Shown: in pieces, positions 13,068-18,865 of the stretch
Numbering within the stretch: position 1 is the first letter of the stretch
Layout: every line of letters begins with the position of its first letter
Virus record (IMG/VR): IMGVR_UViG_3300045988_134170
Length of the DNA stretch: 18,865 nucleotides
Source: a virus
Reading direction: 5' to 3' (one strand)
Program-made: the position numbers and the translations under genes
The notes under the pieces: model-generated
What the model saw: the letters and a program-made list of their open reading frames with translations, nothing else
What the model was told of the DNA's origin: nothing
Database searches by the model: none

Positions 13068-14525
13068 ATGGCTACCGTATATACGAAAACCGATAATTAC
13101 GGATTGAACCTCTACGGCGACAATGATCCAGCCGATCTACGCGACGGTTATAACGGCTCCATGCGCACTATCGATACGACGTTCGAAACGCATCTTAACC
13201 GCATCGAGAACGTAGAGTCGCGTGAAACGTACGATGAAGAAGTGGTCAAAGCACTGCTTGGAGCCAACACAGTGGTCAATGCCACCGCAGCTAAAACCAA
13301 GTGGGACAAAGCCGGTGCCGACGCCACCGCCGCCACCGCCGCCGCCGCCACCGCCGCGGGTAAGGCAGACAATAATAGCGCCATTCTCGCCGCACTCGGC
13401 GCGGACACCGCCACGCATGCCACCGACGCGAAAACTAAATGGAACAAAGCGGGAGTGGACGCAACCACCGCAATCGGCAAAGCCGACTCGAATAAAACCA
13501 TCCTCACCGCGCTAGGAGCCGACACCGCCGCGCATGCCACCGCAAATAAGACAAAATGGGATAAAAACACTACGGATATCACCGCACTATCCACCTCGGT
13601 AGGCAGTAATTCCGCGCAGATCGCCACTATCCTCGAAAAACTGGGACAGGCGCAGTACGAAGACGGATATTTAGTGACGTTTGGCGACTCGTACGCGGAC
13701 TATACACAGAATCGTACATGGTCATACCAGCTTGCGCAAATGTTTCCGCTACTGACTTGGAAAAACTATGCGAAATCTGGCGCAGGTTTCAACGTGTCCG
13801 GCATCCCAACATTCAGACAGCAGGTTGCCAACTGCGTTGACGATACCAGTGTAGACAAAGCCAAAGTCAAAGTCGCCGTGTGCGCGGGCGGACGCAATGA
13901 CATCCTCGATTACGCTACTGGACTTACAAAAGCGCAGGAATGCGTGTCAGCCATGCGATCCGCGTTTCCGAACGCCATTGTCGTAGTTGCACCAATGCTA
14001 TTTGACTCCGCCGTCCTCAATGAAAGAGATATGCAAAAATATTCCGGACTACTGAACGGATGCAAAAACGTCGCATGCGGAGACTCACGCATCGTTTTGG
14101 CCGATGGAGCCTACGTATGGTGCAAAGGTAATACCAATTGGTTTCCGTCCGGAGACATTCATCCGAATGAACTCGGCGCGAAGGCGATTGCGAAATACCT
14201 CTACACGGCGTGCCGTGACAGTTATCGCGGACGGCAGGAGTATGCCGTTTCAATGTTCGGCTCCATGCCGGTGGAATTTCTCTTGCAAAACGCAATGATA
14301 ACCGCCAGTGGACAGGGGCAGATTCCGATAATCGGACAAGGGCATGGCGGTGAGTTGGCAAAATGGTGCCTACCGCGACATAATATTTGGAGCTGGATAG
14401 TCACCGGAGGAAACAGCAGCACACCGCGACTCGGCTTCATTCAGCCAAACGGAACGTGGGGGGTTTTCAATCCTACAGTATCTGACCAAGGCAACTGTTC
14501 GTTCATCGCCGCGTACGCCGCCTAG
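13068..14525 (+). CDS. Tail fibre/appendage protein with SGNH (GDSL) esterase domain, 485 aa
   Basis: N-terminal anchor motif DNYGLNLYGDNDPADLRDGYNGSMRTIDTTF, then about three 40-aa repeats. SGNH blocks follow: I FGDSYADY, II SGAG, III GGRND, V DIHPNELG. Confidence 0.8.
   Translation: MATVYTKTDNYGLNLYGDNDPADLRDGYNGSMRTIDTTFETHLNRIENVESRETYDEEVVKALLGANTVVNATAAKTKWDKAGADATAATAAAATAAGKADNNSAILAALGADTATHATDAKTKWNKAGVDATTAIGKADSNKTILTALGADTAAHATANKTKWDKNTTDITALSTSVGSNSAQIATILEKLGQAQYEDGYLVTFGDSYADYTQNRTWSYQLAQMFPLLTWKNYAKSGAGFNVSGIPTFRQQVANCVDDTSVDKAKVKVAVCAGGRNDILDYATGLTKAQECVSAMRSAFPNAIVVVAPMLFDSAVLNERDMQKYSGLLNGCKNVACGDSRIVLADGAYVWCKGNTNWFPSGDIHPNELGAKAIAKYLYTACRDSYRGRQEYAVSMFGSMPVEFLLQNAMITASGQGQIPIIGQGHGGELAKWCLPRHNIWSWIVTGGNSSTPRLGFIQPNGTWGVFNPTVSDQGNCSFIAAYAA
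13254..13622 (+). repeat. About three tandem in-frame repeats of roughly 40 codons, plus a GCC/ACC triplet tract (13320-13360)
   Basis: Protein repeats have the form LGA(N/D)T...AT.AKTKW(D/N)KAG.DAT...GKAD.N..IL.A. DNA tract GCCACCGCCGCCACCGCCGCCGCCGCCACCGCCGCG. Confidence 0.8.
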
Positions 14526-14542
14526 CCTTGGCCGACAACAAT

Positions 14543-14570
14543 AGCCATACACTATACTTAGTGTATGGCT
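14543..14570 (+). promoter_or_regulatory. Perfect 11-bp hairpin containing the start codon of the tail lysin gene
   Basis: AGCCATACACT-ATACTT-AGTGTATGGCT, followed by ATTACTTTT. ATG 14565 lies in the 3' arm. It may also terminate the fibre gene transcript. Confidence 0.7.
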
Positions 14571-15788
14571 ATTACTTTTGATGATTGGATAAAACAAACT
14601 CAAGGCCGGTTTTGGGACATGGACGGGGCGTACGGCGCGCAATGCTGGGACTTGTGGGCGAAATACTGCATGGACTTATACGGCGCGTCCGTAAGCGACT
14701 GCATCACGCCAACCGGATACGCCGAAGGCAACTACACACGCTTTCCGACGAACGCGAAGATGGCGCAGATTTTCGAGAAGAAACCCGCCGACTATTCTCC
14801 CGTCAAAGGCGACGTGGCGTTTTGGGATTTTTCCAGCCAACACACCGGATCGCACGTGAGCATTGTCATGGAGGACGGCGTGCATGACGGGCATATCACC
14901 GTCCTATCGCAAAACCCTAATCCGACACAGCGCATGACGTTCGACCTAACTGCGTTCTTAGGCTATCTGCACCCCAAAGCGCTAGGAGAGGGGGGTGGCA
15001 CGACCTCGACGGAAAATAACCCAACCGGGGACAATAGTCACGGTTCCGCCGATTCCGCGCGTGGTGGCGCGTGGATACATTGGCAGGGCGACAATTTGTA
15101 TTTACATGAGTCCGATAATACCGGAACGCGAACTCGCATATTCTACAAGACAACGGCCAATAATTTTTTGGAAAAGGCGGCACGACCCCAACCGTCCAGC
15201 AACAACGGACAAGCGCATCCTTCCATGTCTTTGTCGGCGGAAAACTCATATGCTTTGTACGTGATTGGGACCGTCGAAGCGGGATTGCGTTGGGATGCCG
15301 TGGAAGCCGCTAATCTCCAAGGTGTTGGAATTGCTCAATGGAGTTTCGAGCGCCGCTTGCAGGTGCTGAACGCGATGAAAGCCGCCGACCCCACCGGATA
15401 TAGCGCGTTTAAGGCCGCCGCGCCTGAAATCGCGTCTCTTATGGAGTCGGGCGGTACGTTCAAGCGTTCGCTCACTTCGGCGGAAGCGGCCGCGTTCCGC
15501 ACGTGGGCGGGGCGGAGTGAGTCGCGTGATGGTCAGCGCAAGCAGTTCGCGGAGGATTACGCAGGATATCCGGAAGAATATAGCGACACGAAAATGCAGA
15601 TTCTTTGGGTGACGGCGTACCATCAATCGCCCGCGAACGCACTGAAAGTGCCGAAGGCGTCGAATCTCGCACAGCTGAAAAGCAACATTCTCGCCACGTT
15701 TCCGTTCGGCCCGTACACAACACGATACAATCAGGCATACTCGCTTTTGAGCGTGTGGGATGGCAAGTCTAATCCGCCCGCATTCTAA
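14565..15788 (+). CDS. Tail-associated peptidoglycan hydrolase: N-terminal CHAP plus C-terminal lysozyme-like domain (407 aa)
   Basis: CHAP signature DMDGAYGAQCWDLW...GDVAFW...GSHVSIV...SQNPN. Gly/Ser/Thr linker. The C-terminal GTVEAGLRWDAVEA...GVGIAQWSFERRLQVL resembles phage tail lysozyme domains. Same position as phi29 gp13. Confidence 0.75.
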   Translation: MAITFDDWIKQTQGRFWDMDGAYGAQCWDLWAKYCMDLYGASVSDCITPTGYAEGNYTRFPTNAKMAQIFEKKPADYSPVKGDVAFWDFSSQHTGSHVSIVMEDGVHDGHITVLSQNPNPTQRMTFDLTAFLGYLHPKALGEGGGTTSTENNPTGDNSHGSADSARGGAWIHWQGDNLYLHESDNTGTRTRIFYKTTANNFLEKAARPQPSSNNGQAHPSMSLSAENSYALYVIGTVEAGLRWDAVEAANLQGVGIAQWSFERRLQVLNAMKAADPTGYSAFKAAAPEIASLMESGGTFKRSLTSAEAAAFRTWAGRSESRDGQRKQFAEDYAGYPEEYSDTKMQILWVTAYHQSPANALKVPKASNLAQLKSNILATFPFGPYTTRYNQAYSLLSVWDGKSNPPAF

Positions 15789-15793
15789 AAGTG

Positions 15794-15802
15794 TGGTATA
15801 CT
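15794..15802 (+). promoter_or_regulatory. Possible extended -10 promoter TGGTATACT
   Basis: TGn plus TATACT, 6 nt after the stop at 15788. The match is weaker than for the other promoters. Confidence 0.3.
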
Positions 15803-15865
15803 TGATAGTGGCGGTGGTTATGTGATGACCTTTCCTTTTTGAACGGCCGCCATATTGATAGGTTG

Positions 15866-15901
15866 GTGGAGGGCGTGCGAGTCATGGCGCACGCCCTCCA
15901 C
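15866..15901 (+). promoter_or_regulatory. GC-rich perfect 14-bp hairpin with no U-tract
   Basis: GTGGAGGGCGTGCG-8 nt-CGCACGCCCTCCAC. It ends 6 nt before the AGGAGGG RBS of the ATPase gene. Confidence 0.7.
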
Positions 15902-15922
15902 TGTCTTAGGAGGGTTGCAAGC

Positions 15923-16990
15923 ATGACATTGCAGACACTCAACGAGAGCGACTATTACGACCTGCACAATTTGCTCACGCGAAACGCGCCGTGGAATTTT
16001 GTTATCGGCGCGCGTGGCTTAGGCAAAACGTTCGCCGCGAAACGGTACGGTATCAAAGAGTACATCAAGCACGGCTACGAGTTCATTTATTTGCGCCGAA
16101 CCGACGTGGAACAGCATAGGAAAGAGACCTTTTTCAAGGATATTCAGGAATTTTTCCCATCCTACGAATTTCGTGTCAACGGTGAAAAAGGGCAGATTCA
16201 TAAAACATCGTGGGATGAAAAGGATTGGCGGACATGCTGTTATTTCGTCGCTCTCTCGCAAGCGGGCGGACTCAAGTCAGTGGCCTATCCTAAGGTACAC
16301 TTGATTATTTTCGACGAAATCTTTCCAGACAATCTCAGATTCTTGAGCAATGAGGTAAACAGTTTTTCCGAATTTTACAACACGGTAGACAGATGGCAAG
16401 ACCGAACAAAAGTACTATTCCTATCGAACGCAGTTCAAAAGGCTAACCCCTATTTCGCCAAATACCGGTTAGACATTGGAGCACAGCAGGCCAGCCGACA
16501 ACAATACAAACTTTACTGTGGTGGCTTTATCTGTCTCGAACTGGCCGACTATGGTGGTTTTTCGGCCAAAGTCGCCAAGTCAAAGTTCGGCAGATTCCTG
16601 GAACGGTACGATGGCGACTATGCGGATTACGCGATTCGTAATAAATTCCGTGACGAATCGGACACTTTGATAGCGCCAATTCCTAGCGACGGTGAACTGT
16701 CCTACATTCTGGACACTACCGACTACTCGCAGTTCGGCATTTGGGTGAGCGTGTCAGAACGCGACGGTCGTGTTTCACAATATGTTTCACGACGCATTCC
16801 CAAAGACAACAACCGCCCCGTCTACACGCTCGACACGAGCCATGTCGACGAAAAAACATGGTACGTCAAAAAGTCGGATGATATTATCCGCCGACTCACT
16901 ACCGGATATCGGCTTGGTAAAATCAGATTCGATGACTCACAAGTCAAAGCCGACTTTGGTTTAATCATCGGAGAACTGCTAGGCAAATAG
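15923..16990 (+). CDS. DNA encapsidation (packaging) ATPase, phi29 gp16-like, 355 aa
   Basis: Walker A is GARGLGKTF and Walker B is VHLIIFDE. The size is close to gp16. ATG 15923 has AGGAGGG 8 nt upstream. The track start at 15839 would read through the hairpin. Confidence 0.8.
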   Translation: MTLQTLNESDYYDLHNLLTRNAPWNFVIGARGLGKTFAAKRYGIKEYIKHGYEFIYLRRTDVEQHRKETFFKDIQEFFPSYEFRVNGEKGQIHKTSWDEKDWRTCCYFVALSQAGGLKSVAYPKVHLIIFDEIFPDNLRFLSNEVNSFSEFYNTVDRWQDRTKVLFLSNAVQKANPYFAKYRLDIGAQQASRQQYKLYCGGFICLELADYGGFSAKVAKSKFGRFLERYDGDYADYAIRNKFRDESDTLIAPIPSDGELSYILDTTDYSQFGIWVSVSERDGRVSQYVSRRIPKDNNRPVYTLDTSHVDEKTWYVKKSDDIIRRLTTGYRLGKIRFDDSQVKADFGLIIGELLGK

Positions 16991-17005
16991 AAAGGGATAG
17001 TGACA

Positions 17006-17368
17006 ATGACAACAGCGGACGTATGGTGTGCCATCGCAGTAACGTTCTTCATCACCACCGATTACGTAACCGGCGTAGCAAAAGCCATCATGCAGGATAA
17101 TTTGAGTTCCAAAAAAATGCGTGAAGGACTAGGCCACAAGTTCGCCTACATCATCCTCACGTTGACGGCATGGTTCATAGACGAAGTTGACCTACACATC
17201 GACTTGGGACTGCCGATGTCTATATTCGTCTGCACCGTTAGCGGAATATGCTTAATCGAACTCACATCGATTTTGGAAAACGTCACCGTAATTAATCCGA
17301 AATTAGCGGACGCGCCATTCATGCAGATCTTCGCACAGAACAACACTCAACCAAAGCACGGCAAATGA
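17006..17368 (+). CDS. Holin, TcdE / Phage_holin_4_1-like (120 aa, 3 TM)
   Basis: Three hydrophobic segments. The family-typical TDYVTGVAKAIMQDNLSSKKMREGLGHKFAY motif is present. Lies upstream of the endolysin. Confidence 0.75.
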   Translation: MTTADVWCAIAVTFFITTDYVTGVAKAIMQDNLSSKKMREGLGHKFAYIILTLTAWFIDEVDLHIDLGLPMSIFVCTVSGICLIELTSILENVTVINPKLADAPFMQIFAQNNTQPKHGK

Positions 17369-17541
17369 ACACTATCATCTCATATTGGATATTGAGCGGA
17401 CTTACGGCGATTGGAATTGCAATGTGGTTCGCATCCTTCGCCGTCCAATATCCGCAGTTCCACCGTGCCGCATTCATCTTCATGATCATCACAGTCACGC
17501 CGTGGATGACGGCGACATTATATCTGACACAAACCATGTAA
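17365..17541 (+). CDS. Small two-TM membrane protein (58 aa) between holin and endolysin, below the track cutoff
   Basis: Hand translation: MNTIISYWILSGLTAIGIAMWFASFAVQYPQFHRAAFIFMIITVTPWMTATLYLTQTM. ATGA overlap with the holin stop. It stops 9 nt before the endolysin ATG. Confidence 0.55.
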   Translation: MNTIISYWILSGLTAIGIAMWFASFAVQYPQFHRAAFIFMIITVTPWMTATLYLTQTM

Positions 17542-17550
17542 GGAGCGAAA

Positions 17551-18201
17551 ATGAACATCCAAGAGTGGATTAACTCAGTCAACGGAAAAACCATCGACAT
17601 GGACGGCGCATATGGAGGGCAATGTTGGGACTTATGGAGTTCCTACGCGCGCCACGTGTACGGTATTCCAGCCGCCGACACGAACACGGTAGACGGCTAC
17701 GCCGCAAGCGTGTACACTGCACGATATGACCGCTCCCGCGCGTTGCAAAACGCTTTCACAAAAGAGTCAGCCAACTACACGCCGACATACGGTGACGTGG
17801 CGTTCTGGAAACGCAGCGGCATGAACCACGTCGCCATCGTAGTGCGAGACAATGGCAACGGCACTCTACGAACTATCAGTCAAAACCCCAACCGCGCCGG
17901 ATACGTCAATATCAGCAAAAACGGCATCATTGGATATTTCCATCCACGAAACAGCAGCAACAACAACACCGACATTGCCGCACGCGCCTATCGAGTCAAC
18001 GTTGACGTACTCAACGTACGCTCGGCACCTAGCGTTCACAGTCAGGTAGTGGCACAATATCATAAAGGACAGACGGTAAACCTCTTGAGCGGCACCACAA
18101 TCGCAGACGGCTACGTTTGGGCACACTATGTCGGCGGTTCAGGCAAAACACGATATGTAGCGCTAAAGGCCGTGAACGGTACGACACAATACCTCGTATA
18201 A
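17551..18201 (+). CDS. Endolysin: CHAP domain plus C-terminal SH3b cell-wall-binding domain (216 aa)
   Basis: AAGGAG RBS. CHAP signature DMDGAYGGQCWDLW...GDVAFW...NHVAIVV. SH3b-like RAYRVNVDVLNVRSAPSVHSQVVAQYHKGQTVNL...DGYVWAHY. Confidence 0.85.
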   Translation: MNIQEWINSVNGKTIDMDGAYGGQCWDLWSSYARHVYGIPAADTNTVDGYAASVYTARYDRSRALQNAFTKESANYTPTYGDVAFWKRSGMNHVAIVVRDNGNGTLRTISQNPNRAGYVNISKNGIIGYFHPRNSSNNNTDIAARAYRVNVDVLNVRSAPSVHSQVVAQYHKGQTVNLLSGTTIADGYVWAHYVGGSGKTRYVALKAVNGTTQYLV

Positions 18202-18209
18202 CAATAAGT

Positions 18210-18240
18210 AAAGCCCCTAGGCTGTCGGCCTAGGGGCTTT
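18210..18240. terminator. Bidirectional intrinsic terminator between convergent genes
   Basis: 13-bp stem AAAGCCCCTAGGC-TGTCG-GCCTAGGGGCTTT. The A-run on one side and T-run on the other give a U-tract on both strands. Confidence 0.85.
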
Positions 18241-18252
18241 TACTTTTATATG

Positions 18253-18510
18253 TCAGTCGCCGTTGTCAATCGAAACAGTATATTCGCGGCACGGGCGCCC
18301 TTCCTTGGAACGGCTTTTAGCGACCATGTTGATATCGTAGTTATCACCCAAGAAAACCTCTACGATACCCGCAAGCGCCCGACGAAACGAAAGAACAGAA
18401 TCTTCTTCCAGTCCATCGATGGAAGTGAAGCCATTCCAAACTCCCTCGATAATCACTTTGTATCGATTGTCCTTCTCGAACTCGATAACATGTGCAGTAA
18501 GATTAATCAT
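18253..18510 (-). CDS. Hypothetical protein (85 aa), possibly HicB/UPF0150-like fold; start codon lies inside ITR-R
   Basis: The ATG is the complement of 18508-18510, i.e. the mirror of ATG 356, and uses the same ITR RBS. The pattern YKVIIEGVWNGFTSIDGLEEDSVLSFRRALAGIVEVFL resembles HicB-type N-domains from memory. Confidence 0.65.
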   Translation of the reverse strand: MINLTAHVIEFEKDNRYKVIIEGVWNGFTSIDGLEEDSVLSFRRALAGIVEVFLGDNYDINMVAKSRSKEGRPCREYTVSIDNGD

Positions 18511-18543
18511 TTTATTTTCCTTTCCCTTGAAGCGGATAACTAC

Positions 18544-18552
18544 ATTATAACA
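18544..18552 (-). promoter_or_regulatory. ITR promoter P2 (mirror copy), extended -10
   Basis: Reverse complement of 314-322. Confidence 0.55.
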
Positions 18553-18666
18553 CAAACAAAACAACAACACGCCCGAAAACAAAACGAAGCAAAACACTGG
18601 AAAACACCTACTTACCGGTCGGTAGGCTACGGTTACGTTACCGTAACTTAGCGGGACACGGATTGT

Positions 18667-18695
18667 TGTATATACAACCATTGACACAGTGTCAA
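18667..18695 (-). promoter_or_regulatory. ITR promoter P1 (mirror copy), TTGACA-17-TATACA
   Basis: Reverse complement of 171-199. Confidence 0.55.
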
Positions 18696-18865
18696 TAAAA
18701 AAAACAACACGCCCGAAAATAAAAAAACTTAACAGTCAGACGCAAAAAAAATATAATAGAGGAGTAAACAAAACAAAGCGCCAACGGAGACGCAGAACAA
18801 AAAAAAATAACACACAAATAAAAAAAACCACAAGGGAAAATCTTCACACACACACACACCCCTCC

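Larger units (their letters stand above)
18507..18865. repeat. Right inverted terminal repeat (ITR-R), 359 bp
   Basis: Exact reverse complement of 1-359. It ends at the last base of the window. Confidence 0.97.

Noticed and set aside
13137-13627. ORFs 13222-13515 (+, poly-Pro PPPPPPPPPPP), 13137-13418 (-, poly-Gly) and 13148-13627 (-, Ala-rich).
   Set aside because: These are alternative-frame readings of the GCC/ACC triplet tract and the tandem repeats inside the fibre gene. The fibre frame has the anchor motif, the repeats and the SGNH blocks in register.
17111-17117. An A7 run inside the holin gene, as a possible slippage or frameshift site.
   Set aside because: The register is tcc AAA AAA Atg, which is not an X XXY YYZ heptamer in frame. 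No alternative-frame ORF of meaningful length follows.
1-18865. tRNA, rRNA, integrase or repressor genes, CRISPR arrays and mobile elements.
   Set aside because: I recognised none while reading both strands. All gaps longer than 60 bp are accounted for by the promoters, hairpins and ncRNA candidate listed. A tRNAscan-type search was not possible here.

Overview
The window is bounded by perfect 359-bp inverted terminal repeats: 1-359 is the exact reverse complement of 18507-18865. It carries a complete phi29-type gene set, so it reads as the whole 18.9-kb linear genome of a protein-primed, phi29-like small podovirus of a Gram-positive host. The host inference rests on a CHAP+SH3b endolysin and a TcdE-type holin. 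No integrase or repressor was recognised, so the phage is probably virulent.

Every gene but one is on the + strand.
- Left end: an early block of ORFans (356-2163).
- Replication module (2168-5511): small DNA-binding-like protein, SSB-like protein, putative terminal protein, family-B DNA polymerase.
- A 230-bp non-coding gap (5512-5741).
- Structural module (5742-15788): scaffold, major capsid with Ig-like domain, gp9-like tail knob, gp10-like connector, lower collar, a fibre/appendage cluster including an SGNH esterase, and a CHAP tail lysin.
- Packaging ATPase (15923-16990).
- Lysis cassette (17006-18201).
- One leftward gene (18253-18510) driven from the right ITR.

Most interesting observations:
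1. A promoter-to-terminator unit of about 170 nt with no ORF lies between the pol and scaffold genes. Its domain layout resembles phi29 packaging RNA (pRNA).
2. Each ITR contains two promoters, an RBS and the ATG itself, so two unrelated terminal genes share identical expression signals.
3. A lambda-type -1 slippery heptamer GGGAAAG sits at the stop codon of a 117-aa fibre-like ORF, in register to fuse it with the next ORF.
4. One N-terminal fibre-anchor motif occurs in three consecutive genes.
5. The compact polymerase has apparently degenerate exonuclease motifs.
6. The extreme termini carry a (GT)7 repeat followed by spaced T-tracts.

All functional calls come from motif recognition by eye and from synteny. 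No database search or folding program was run.
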